A program made the translations under genes and the position numbers. DNA of 64,000 nucleotides, taken from Acanthaster planci (taxonomy: Eukaryota). A model generated the notes under the pieces. It was not told the origin of the DNA, searched no databases, and saw only the letters and a program-made list of their open reading frames with translations. Numbering within the stretch: the first letter of the stretch is position 1; every line of letters starts with the position of its first letter. Positions 53,464 to 64,000 of this stretch are shown piece by piece. Location: NCBI RefSeq assembly GCF_001949145.1, contig NW_019091360.1:4088013-4152012 (forward strand), read 5' to 3'.

Positions 53464-54646
53464 CAGGCGTATCCAGTACAGTGGGGGCAGGGGGGGGGGC
53501 AACTTCCCCCCCCCGGATTTATATTTTTTTAAAACAAAGAATAGGGCCTGACCTACTTCACAGATAAGAAAGTAATCAGTATACTGATTTATCAAATATT
53601 AGCACCGCAACTAAGAAAACAACACCATGGCATGAAACAGGTCGGGGACCAAACCACAATCTAGCGACGACGCCAGACTATGCATAGGCTACGCCGCTCA
53701 TTTGTGCAACAGAGACGTAGTTTTTTGAATTATTTTTAGATCATGGTTCGTAGATGACATCGATCTCTTTATCGGCCAAAATTTCAATACAATTGCTCTG
53801 AGAGATTAAATTTACCGGAAACATGCTACCCAAGATCTAAATGAAACTTTCCTTTCATTTGGTATCTATAAAAGCCGATTGAGGAGATTTTTAGGTCGAA
53901 TCTTGCACTGGATGTGTCAAATTTGGTGAGCAGGCGAGTCCAATTCTGCCAATGAATATAGTTACGCGCTAAAAAAAAGCCGAGCTTTACTTCATGCATG
54001 AAAATGTTGCCATTAAAAATCTCCATCGATTCACCCTGGCAAATTTTATGTTTACCATGGCAATTTTCCAAAATAGCGATCAGAAACAATTTTGCCATAG
54101 ACTCAAATGGCAATGGGGGCCATGTTGGCTGCTGGCATTTTAAATCTTGTTATTTTCCCCAAATCGCGTGAGAAAATTACATCATTATCACGTGACCTGA
54201 TAAAAATGATGTTATTGCTGCTTGAACAAGCAACATAAGCAGAAACTAAGGACGTCGCTAAATTGTGGTTTGATCCTGACCTGTGAAATAAAAGCAAGGA
54301 TGTTGGGACCATAAGTACTAGCACTCCTAAGGCTTTTGACTTTTTGGAGGGAGGGGAACGAGCTCCTTCTACGGACAACACTAATTTTCCCTTAAAATGT
54401 TACAACAGCCGTCAGAAAGTGATAAAATGACCTAAACTGTGACATTACATGTAAGCGAAGAAAATTCCGAAGCATTTACTAAGAAAACACTGCGTTTTTT
54501 CCGGTCAGGTCTCTAGGTTCGGGCGCCGGGGTATCAAGTGTTGTTTTTCCTTTTTTCTCCCCAGCATCATGTTTAATGAGCCCAAAGCTGCAGTCCCTTT
54601 TGAATTTGCTCCCCCCCCCCGGAGCCAAACACTGGATACGCTGCTG
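53464..54646. mobile_element. Non-autonomous DNA transposon (hAT-like termini, ~1.2 kb, probably composite)
   Basis: Left CAGGCGTATCCAGT + G/C runs; right C-run + ACTGGATACGCTGCTG (inverted). No TSD preserved. Confidence 0.55.
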
Positions 54647-54824
54647 CATAAGCCAATAACTGGTGAGATTGGTGAACGTTCATTGGAAGCTGTCCCCTAC
54701 GCTACAGTCCAGTTAGACAGTGCACATGGACATGTGCATGTAGGCCTCAGTCACATTTAGATATATCATGTTTATGTAACATCGTGTCCTTAAAAGACTC
54801 ATTTTGCAATGAAAATATTGAACT

Positions 54825-54918
54825 ATTTACTTAACACAATTTTTCAGACCAGTCTCAGCCACTCATACTGTAGGGTTTCTGCACAGGGTGTCAAGTTTGT
54901 ATATGAAACTCTTTCTGA
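54825..54918 (+). mobile_element. MITE family 'GGGAAAGAGTTCC' partial copy 4
   Basis: CAGACCAGTCTCA...TAGGGTTT.TGCACAGGGTGTCAAGT...TATATG..ACTCTTTC matches 42298-42360. Confidence 0.65.
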
Positions 54919-55237
54919 TTATTTTAAGGGAAGTAAAGTCCCATGGAAATGTGCTGAATGACTGAGCGCACCCTACAAGACATCATCACTCAGTACATAA
55001 GTACCAGTCAAAGCGCATTTGATGTGTACATTGTATATACATGTGCTTGTGCACACATATCCTAATATGGCATTGTTGGGCATGATCGGCCGATCTTAAT
55101 GATCTCTCAAATGCCCTGTAGACCCTACAGATGGTCGATTCTGTGTGAAATCTCCAAGTTTACTTCCTTTTTGAAACAATCTTTTATAACAGCGAAGAAA
55201 AGCCAATTGGCTGATGACAGAATTATGGACAAATCAT

Positions 55238-55320
55238 GGGAAAGAATTCCACATATGGATGCCACTAATTTTTCCCTGCGGTTACCTGCATGTGGTTGTC
55301 TGTATATGGAACTCTTTCCG
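55238..55320. mobile_element. MITE family 'GGGAAAGAGTTCC' internally deleted copy 5 (83 bp)
   Basis: GGGAAAGAATTCCACATATGGATGCCAC...GTATATGGAACTCTTTCCG, flanked by CAT/CAT. Confidence 0.65.
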
Positions 55321-58300
55321 CATCAAAGATTGAGCAGTCTGCTCATATCGACCAATTGCACCCAACATCATCCTGATGTGCATGTACTTCACTACAACTG
55401 CACTACTACCAATTGTTTATACTACCCAAATTTTGAAATTGTTGTATTTTAGCATTTTCAATGTAAGCCCAGGCTACGTCATTATAACCCCCAGACCTGT
55501 GGGCTTTGTCGTTCGCCGAGGAACACCGCAGTTCTTACATTATTACATGTAGCAGTTTCTGATCGTCAACAGCTCTGAATCACTTGATTATATTAGAAAT
55601 TATTTTAGAATAACCAAGCCCCCTTTATGAGATTCATTTACTACAATTGCGTTATCTATTTTACAATTGTCAGAATAGAAGTTTTGGAAATTGGTTGAAC
55701 ATCAATATAAACCACAATGCAGATGCTGGTCCTTTTGCAATTAATCACTGAAGTAAAGTGTAAAAAGGCAACCTTCTTGGTTTCTTCTGTTATTTATCAA
55801 AATTTATCAATTTTTCTTCACCTTATTTTGTTTTCTCAAGGACACTGTGACATCTTTGACCCTGTGTATTATTTCAAAATTTGAGTAAAACTAGATTGCC
55901 TTATTTTCAGAAAGGTTTTTTTTATTACTACCTCTCAACTTTATTTCCACTGCAAGTAATATGGGAGACAGTTCTAGATCACCAATGCATACAGTGCACT
56001 GAGTGCAGTAAGGATGCAGTACAGAAGCTGTACTGAAGACGCGGCACACTGAGCACACCGTGAAATTATAATTTCAAGCGCCCCCTTCCTGGCCTTAGTT
56101 GTAACCTTCAACTTCTGTATTTCTTTGAACAGCTGGAAATGGCTGAGATGGTTCTCTGTAATGTTGTGATACTCCCCAAACTATACCTGTACAAGGTGGC
56201 ACGGCATGCATAACATGTCAAAAGCGATCTGCAACTGTTGAGTTTAGTCCTGTGTGAAAGTAGGGATAGAATTCTGTGTATGTATATACATGTATATATT
56301 ATTGATTTAATTTCTGTTCGGGGCCAGCATTTTTTCAGTTTAGAAATACATGTATTTTCTGTCAAGATCAAGGGGAGAGATTTCACCGCAAGCACATGCC
56401 ACCCAATCGCAGAGATTCCGAGAGTGAGCCGATTGGTCATTTTATGACGGGGTACAATTTGCGACGGTGTCCATTGTTACGTGGATTCTGTAAAAATGAA
56501 CAGCTATTTCCCTGCATAAGGATTGCAAATTATACATGTACATCTTGCAAGGCTGAATACAGAGGTGTGTGTTATTTTTACAGAGTAAATGACCTACTCT
56601 ACAGGTCATGACAGGTGATAAAAGTTACCAATGTACACTGTAACAAGGACATCACAAATTGCGCCCCAACCTCATGGAATGACCCAGATGTACATGTACA
56701 GTGGTTTGTCTGAAAAGTGATCCAGAACTGTTGCACTCACTGTACAAGGTCAGTCAGAATTTGGTGGCTATACAGGTATCTCTGTGATAGTTATATGTAC
56801 ATGTATATGTACACATATGCAAAATGATTAATTTAAGCCTCGTCAGAAGTCATTCTCATGCTTGTTGTACTATTTTTGATCCCAAGAAATGTTGCTGTTA
56901 GTGAATGATTACTTACATGTAGATGTAACCATAACCAAACATAGAGCCGCATGTATTGACCGAACTTGTTTTGAAATTCTTTGGAACAATAAAATACCCA
57001 TAGGCTTAGATGCCATTTGAATTAGGAGTTGCCAGTGCTTACAAGGAAGAAAGTTGGTTTTTAACCCCTAGCTGCAGGTGGCTACATGAACACATTGTAT
57101 TGTAGTATACATGTACATCCTGCCTTATGTGAGTAATTTATCTACCAATAAGGATCGAGATGACACCCGTAACCTTCCGATTTCCTGTGGTTTTCCTGTT
57201 TTACCTAAAGGGACTGGTTTCTCTCATCAACTCTGTTCAGATAGTGCACATGATGTAATAATCATCTACGAAACAATATGGTCAGCTTCATTCCCTGCTA
57301 CTACATGTAATTAATGTAAATTACCTGATGTGCGCTTACCAGTAGATATCAGAAGAGTAATGTGTATATTTATCAAGGGTTTATGGACTTCACATGTTGA
57401 TTAAAGACTATGAACTAAAATAAACAGGTACGTGTACGTAGTTGCTTTTTCTTGATAATGGTAACAATGATAAAAATAGACAGGAAAATCACACCACACT
57501 GCAGGTGGGGACACCGTCTACTGTACAATGTACATGTACAATATATGTACATGTACATGAATATGTACATTGTACATGTACTGGTTTTTGCATGCAAGTT
57601 AAAACACACATGCACTGTACTGCAGGTTACCACTGGAACAGCGTTTCTCAGTAAACTCCTTAGCATTGTGATGTCAACAAAATGTGGTGGGAATAATTGA
57701 GTTTGCTCCCTGGGATCTGGAGGTTGTACTTGGAACTTGATTTTGGGAGGTCGATTATTAGGAAATGACGGCTGTTACCACAGACAAAAGTAAATCACAT
57801 GACTAATTCACTATCCCTACTATTATTACTCATGGCTACTCTCACAAGTCACATGACTAAAATCATGCTGAGTGGTTACAACCCTGAATGCCACATACGT
57901 GAGGTGACTGAAATTAATCAAAGAGGTCAGACACATATCGGGCCTCTCTATTGGTGGAACCATTATTACTAAAATGCATCACAGATTTTGATTGGTTGGT
58001 TGCAAGCTGTATTAGATAAAAACTAGGAGTTTCTAAAGTATGTAACCACTCAGTGGCATGACCACGGGTACATGAACAGATAAGTTGGGGTCAGTGACAA
58101 CCTTTTCTGCAAGGGGAATTTTTATCCGAAGGTAAGGCAGATACTTATAGATAAATAAATTTCTAGGTCATAGATGTACAAAGTGTTTGTACATTTATTA
58201 TAGTGTGTAACGTGTAGCTGTATTCATAAATGCCGTGACCAACCCATGCTGATTTAGAAAACGAACCCAACGTCGTCTTATTTTGATGAAATATGCACAG

Positions 58301-59369
58301 AAGTAGAAAATATAAGAAAAAAAACACAAGATAGCATTTTTCTAAGACATTTCCTGAAACTTTTGAGTTGAAAGAGGAAAAATGCATTCGAATCTTAGAT
58401 CATTCAAGTTAACATTACACATGTAATTGTGACTTGACTGGATTTGTACCCTGCATGCTTACATGTATTGGTAGATCATGGGGCATACGGCGTGTGTCAG
58501 TGTCAACATCTTGTATCTCAAATTACAAGGTTTTGACTGAAATAGATGTATGTGTGGTAGGTCATTTCAAGCTAAAATGTCCTGTGTTGATCTTGTTCGT
58601 TTCAAAGTTCATTTATCTCAAATTAATCAAGATACTGAAGCCCAGAACAGACAAAGTTACGGTTTTAAATAAATGGTCTGTCTTAACTTACATTATTGTG
58701 AATTTTAATTCAGCCCAAAAATTTACCTGTGTGGCTACTCTCTCACAACCTAAATACCATGTTTTTGTACTGATAAAGTGTTCTATAAAATTTGTTCTAA
58801 AGGTAGAGTCCATCAGTTACAGTTATCAAAAGTAACTGACAAAAATTATTGTTAAATGTATACTTGGTCTAAAGATGGTTATGGTACTAAACTCCATGTG
58901 AAATTATTCTTTCTGTCTCACTGTCATCAGCAGGTTGTTTTCATAGGCACTGTTGTTTAGAGTTAGAATACACATGTACATGTAATGCACAAATGATAAG
59001 TGACAGACTGTACTGGTACCTTTCAATGTGTTTAGTTTATCCCACCCAGACCTACTAGGAAGATGTGCTGGTGGTGAACTATTTCACTCCTCATGGCATA
59101 TAAGCATAGCCCAAAATATAATACATGTTGATGTACATGTACACAGCATGTAATGGTTGACAGTATTACTGCGAATGTTACCTAATGCTTATTTGGTTAA
59201 GTGGACTTTTATAACAGTACAGGTGCTATTTAAAGAGCAGTTGGGATCAAACTTATTGTTGACAGGTAAACCTTGCAGGTATTTATTTCGATCATAAATG
59301 TGATACTGTATGTGGAGGTGCCTTGTTGTATTGAATAGCTGCAGAGTTGCGTATTTGTTACCTTTGGGT

Positions 59370-59650
59370 TTTTGGATGGAGCTGTCCTCAATCTGACAAT
59401 GTCACATCCCGGCACTCAGTGGTAAACCTGAGATCATAGTTATCGACTCATCAAAACTCATGTACGAAACGTTGGTGACTGCGGGATCAATGAAATCATT
59501 CACAGAATTGCCGATAGGGGACAACAAATTATGGATTAACCTAAATTCACCTGGAGTCTGTTTTGGCACCAGGCCCAAAGGTGAACAACGGAAATGAGGA
59601 AGAAGCTGGGAAAAAAGGACCAGCAACGGGACCCAAAGCGATTTATCGCA
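59370..59650 (-). mobile_element. DIRS/Ngaro-type (tyrosine-recombinase retrotransposon) RT N-terminal fragment
   Basis: PHFRCSPLGLVPKQTPGEFRLIHNL.SPIGNSVNDFIDP...VSYMSFDE, matching the SPLGLVPK...FRLIH.LS.P.G.SVND.I pattern of DIRS-group RTs. Confidence 0.8.
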
Positions 59651-60242
59651 GTCACACCGCAGGTTGTTTACTTATCAGATTGTGAAGATCCAGTAGAAAA
59701 TGCTCATGTCAGGTATTTTAGATTTGCCAGTTACTTGAATCATACATGTATTTTGTGCATTTTATCAATGCTTTTAATCACTTAGCTCTTCAGTCATATT
59801 TTCAGTCATGTACATGTACACGTACACATGTAGATGATGGTGATATATTGCCAGATTACTAGAGTGCTGCAGGCTTGTTTACAGGTGACCCCAGTTTTAA
59901 AGCTGCCACGGCAGGTGTAATAATTGGGTAGAAAGGAAGAAACGCAATGTTTAATATAGCCTTAGTGGATATTGTGTACATGTACATTGCATTCTGTCTG
60001 TTTGTTTTCATTTGTATCAGCTGTGTAGACAGTACATGTAAAGTGCAGATGTTTACAGTTGTTCATCTGTGCCAAACTGTTGTCATTATTAATTAATCAA
60101 CAGTCAGACACTCTGTGCATTGCGAGGAATTCACTCTTTTTACAGATCTCAGCATCTTTCGTTGTTTTCAGTTACCACTTGATGGGATCAACTGGATTGG
60201 AATTGACAAGAAAACAAACCGAGAAGCTGACATTTTGCCAGC

Positions 60243-60275
60243 ATGGATGATTCTGTGGCAATCAATATGACCGAG
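60243..60275 (+). CDS. SLC4A2: SLC4 putative first coding exon (MDDSVAINMTE)
   Basis: agcATGG start context, donor GAG|GTGAGG in phase 0, upstream acceptors at 60145/60171. Confidence 0.6.
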
Positions 60276-63200
60276 GTGAGGTATCTTTAAAGGTCAAGGA
60301 CAATTGTGCACCTGTACTGATTGATATCGCTACAAATTTGTTTTTGCAATCTGTGGTTTAACAGGCTCTTGAGTTGCAAGTTGTGAAGGACTGAATTTCA
60401 AAATCTGCACTTTTAAGTGAATTTTAGTTGATTTGAGTTACTTTTTGGTTACATTTGTATGCATATACAGGTATGTTTAATGGTCCTAAACACTTTGAGC
60501 CAGTTGATACTTGGTGTGAATGCAAGTGCAGACATCTTGACTTGAGCTATTGTTTGAATGGTCTGAATGTTTCTTGTTTTGCTTCAAGTTAAGCTGTACT
60601 TGGATTATGAATTTACCAAGTAAATTACCGAGTAACCATTCAAAGGCTGAACGCAAAGGTTGTGAGGAGAATGATCAATTTCTTTTTGTTGCAGTTACCA
60701 CGGACAGCCTCTTCTGACTCAGCCAGGGAGCGTAATCCTGAGTTAGATGCTGAGATGGAGAAGGTGTTCCAGCCCCCAGTCAAATTTGAGATCCTTGATA
60801 CTTCAGTGGAAGTACAGCCTGGACATAACATTCACTTTGATGAACAGGACTATGAAAGTAAGTAAAGATGCTTCCAGTTTGGGTCAGTATGAAATAGTGA
60901 GCATTTTATGTAACAAATTCCAAGGAAAATGCTAGGTAACTTCTAAGCCTAAAGCTTGCTAAGTTAAGGTCCAGTAGTTTAATTAGTTCTGCAGAGGAAA
61001 AGGTAAAAGTCAGTGGAATAAATTTGTCATAAATATGTACAACAGAGTAAGAGCATTTTGGTAATTTAAATTGCAACTTGTGGTGATTTTGACACAACCC
61101 ATCCTAAGCCATATTGTAACCTATGGTCAACTTTGGAACAGCTGTTGAACTTGACTATCACTGGCATTGTCCACCAATATTCTTGGACAGGACACCGGCA
61201 CTATGACCACCATCATCATCACCATCCTCTCAGTCCACTGCGTAAGAACAAGAGCTGCCCTCGCATATCTGGTCCAAGTGATCGATCCCATCACCACTCC
61301 AGCGCCAAGCACCAACGTCCTAGTGTCGTGGGTAGCTTCTCCGAGAGGAGTGAGATCAGCCCTATAGCCGAGGGGGAAACGGAAGGGGAAGGGAATGGAG
61401 AGGAGGCCGAGGAGCAAGATGCAGTCAAGGAGATAGAGGTGCCTGTTGAAGTCAAGGAGGACAAGGTTAATGGAGAGGAGAAGATAGAGGAAGAACCAAG
61501 GCGAAATGTGCCAAAGGTTAGTAATAAAGAGAGGGTAAAAGACGCGAGGACAGGCCTATGACAATAGGAATCGGAAGAGTCGAGATGTGGATTGTAGTCA
61601 TTGCACACAAGTGTTAGTAATTTAATCTTGCTGGTAAAAGCAACACATCATTAAGTCACCAAGTTAAAGTTTGACATGCAGTACTAAGGTGTTGTATTAC
61701 ACTCTTTTGTGCCCTCTTGTCACTATATAGACTATTGAATCTTCAGTCAGTTTGGGATNNNNNNNNNNNNNNNNNNNNNNNNNNNNNNNNNNNNNNNNNN
61801 NNNNNNNNNNNNNNNNNNNNNNNNNNNNNNNNNNNNNNNNNNNNNNNNNNNNNNNNNNNNNNNNNNNNNNNNNNNNNNNNNNNNNNNNNNNNNNNNNNNN
61901 NNNNNNNNNNNNNNNNNNNNNNNNNNNNNNNNNNNNNNNNNNNNNNNNNNNNNNNNNNNNNNNNNNNNNNNNNNNNNNNNNNNNNNNNNNNNNNNNNNNN
62001 NNNNNNNNNNNNNNNNNNNNNNNNNNNNNNNNNNNNNNNNNNNNNNNNNNNNNNNNNNNNNNNNNNNNNNNNNNNNNNNNNNNNNNNNNNNNNNNNNNNN
62101 NNNNNNNNNNNNNNNNNNNNNNNNNNNNNNNNNNNNNNNNNNNNNNNNNNNNNNNNNNNNNNNNNNNNNNNNNNNNNNNNNNNNNNNNNNNNNNNNNNNN
62201 NNNNNNNNNNNNNNNNNNNNNNNNNNNNNNNNNNNNNNNNNNNNNNNNNNNNNNNNNNNNNNNNNNNNNNNNNNNNNNNNNNNNNNNNNNNNNNNNNNNN
62301 NNNNNNNNNNNNNNNNNNNNNNNNNNNNNNNNNNNNNNNNNNNNNNNNNNNNNNNNNNNNNNNNNNNNNNNNNNNNNNNNNNNNNNNNNNNNNNNNNNNN
62401 NNNNNNNNNNNNNNNNNNNNNNNNNNNNNNNNNNNNNNNNNNNNNNNNNNNNNNNNNNNNNNNNNNNNNNNNNNNNNNNNNNNNNNNNNNNNNNNNNNNN
62501 NNNNNNNNNNNNNNNNNNNNNNNNNNNNNNNNNNNNNNNNNNNNNNNNNNNNNNNNNNNNNNNNNNNNNNNNNNNNNNNNNNNNNNNNNNNNNNNNNNNN
62601 NNNNNNNNNNNNNNNNNNNNNNNNNNNNNNNNNNNNNNNNNNNNNNNNNNNNNNNNNNNNNNNNNNNNNNNNNNNNNNNNGACAGTTCACCATCGGGGAT
62701 CCAGATCAAGACGAAGAAGGTAGTTATCACATGGGAGGTCAAGAACCAGAAACTATGGAAAATACCCCAGTGGAAGATGCTGAGTCAAGAAAACACCACC
62801 ACAAGCACCATCATCACCACCATCATCATCACCGCCATCACCATAAAGACAAGGATTATCTGACGTAAGTCTGCAATTGGAAAGTTGTATGCGAATATGG
62901 ATATATCTAAGCTACTGCTTGTGTTGAACAAAAACAGAAATGGAATTGATATGTTGATTATGAATATTGAGTTCACCTTTATCACACATTGCACAAGGAT
63001 TGGACTAAACGTCTAATCATTTTAGACACCATAATTCAGTTCAATAACTTGGACAACGTATTTTGGAGAAAATTCTGCGAAACTCCATGCTTTCCATCGC
63101 GATTCGTTAACGACCTACATTCGTGTGGTAATATGCATTTGCGCATGCGCGAAATGGCCTCCAAGCTCGGCCCACATTCTTTCAGTCATACATGTTGTCT

Positions 63201-63900
63201 AGAGCTAGGTCTAGGTCTTTGCTCCATAACAAATACGTGGAGACGTGTAGACAATAGACCTAGCTGTATCTTTGGAAGCCTGTTTTTCACTTCTTCATGC
63301 CCACGGTTCTTCCGTGCATGCGTAAGGGGGCACTCAGTTACTATGCATTTCGCGTATGTGCAAGTATGCGTGCTCGACAAACGTGTATGTACATGTAGAT
63401 CATCAACGAATCGCTGCCGATGGAAAGCATGGAGTTTTGCAGCATTTCCTGCAAAGTACGTTGTCCGTGGGCTAATTTAGTAATTCAACACAGCATTTAT
63501 GGAATTGGGAATATAAGGCACTTGTGAACGACATTTTGAGCTGTCTTCGCCAGGTAAATTTGTGAAAAGAACTGTTGAAAAAAATTTCGCATAGTAGGAG
63601 GACTTTTATATCCTGGACGTTAGTCGCAATACAATGTAGACATGGTCCAACCTGGGCTAGGTCTTACAGTACACATATCCTACTTAATCCTACATGTTTT
63701 TGACTTTATCTACAGGCCTGAAGATGCAATCCATCGGCATCATAGACATCATCACCATCATAAGAAGCATAGCTCTACTGATGTTCCAGAGCTAAGATAC
63801 CGTAAAGGGAGTAGTGTCAACCTAGAGGGAATGACTAGAGTCCCTACAGAGTTGGATGAAGCCATGACCCTTAAAGAAGCTGATTTGGATGACATAGCCA
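60243..63900 (+). CDS. SLC4A2: SLC4 bicarbonate/anion exchanger (AE2/band-3-like), N-terminal exons; gene continues beyond the window
   Basis: join(60243-60275,60695-60857,61191-61516,62686-62864,63716-63900), phases 0/1/0/2/1 consistent. AE2-like motifs ELDAEMEKV, FDEQDYE-RHRH..HHHHPLS, PTELDEA..L..ADLDDIAS. The gap at 61759-62680 may hide an exon. Exact orthology within SLC4A1-3 is not resolvable, so the symbol means AE2-like. Confidence 0.82.
60695..60857 (+). CDS. SLC4A2: SLC4 exon
   Basis: ttgcag|LPRTASSDS...ELDAEMEKVF...FDEQDYE A|gtaagt. Confidence 0.85.
61191..61516 (+). CDS. SLC4A2: SLC4 exon (His-rich then acidic)
   Basis: acag|GA HRHYDHHHHHHPLSPLRK...EEPRRNVPK|gttagt. Confidence 0.8.
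61759..62680. other. Assembly gap (N run) inside the SLC4 gene
   Basis: 922 N. Confidence 0.99.
62686..62864 (+). CDS. SLC4A2: SLC4 exon (5' boundary uncertain, abuts the gap)
   Basis: FTIGDPDQDEE...HHHKHHHHHHHHHRHHHKDKDYL AC|gtaagt. Confidence 0.78.
63716..63900 (+). CDS. SLC4A2: SLC4 exon
   Basis: tacag|G PEDAIHRHHRHHHHHKKH...RVPTELDEAMTLKEADLDDIA A|gtgagt. Confidence 0.88.
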
Positions 63901-64000
63901 GTGAGTTATCAATATATAAACTTCAGTGGATCACAAAGTTTCAAGTCAAGTTGAAAACCCAGCGGACTGTCTAGTTGTTACTAATGTGTGATCGTTGTCT

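Noticed and set aside
61717..62742. ORFs of more than 300 aa
   Set aside because: They span 922 Ns; only 62686-62864 is supported as coding.

Overview
This is eukaryotic, AT-rich, intron-containing animal DNA. The SINE/LINE/MITE repertoire suggests a marine invertebrate, possibly an echinoderm (inference only). There are two assembly gaps (25167-25496, 61759-62680). Two host genes are well supported, both on +: a complete 7-exon PDE12 (2',5'-phosphodiesterase 12; 45535-50784, ~637 aa) and the His-rich N-terminal exons of an SLC4/AE2-like anion exchanger (60243 to the window end). The first ~44.6 kb has no confidently identifiable host CDS. It is rich in transposon relics and may be intronic or 5' sequence of a minus-strand gene divergent from PDE12. 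The main element there is a near full-length, decayed CR1/L2-group LINE (~13440-19272). Its single long ORF begins with a signal-peptide-like segment and a 2A-like DVLKNPGP motif, and it is interrupted by a 1.8 kb TG..CA LTR-like insertion with a perfect 5-bp TSD. Other oddities: the last 24 codons of PDE12 (incl. catalytic SDH and stop) are tandemly amplified ~5.5x into the 3' UTR, a SINE pair has an inverted head, AGAGGGCGCC motifs are symmetrically oriented upstream of PDE12, and TACATGTA is strongly enriched. All calls were made by eye; no database searches were run.
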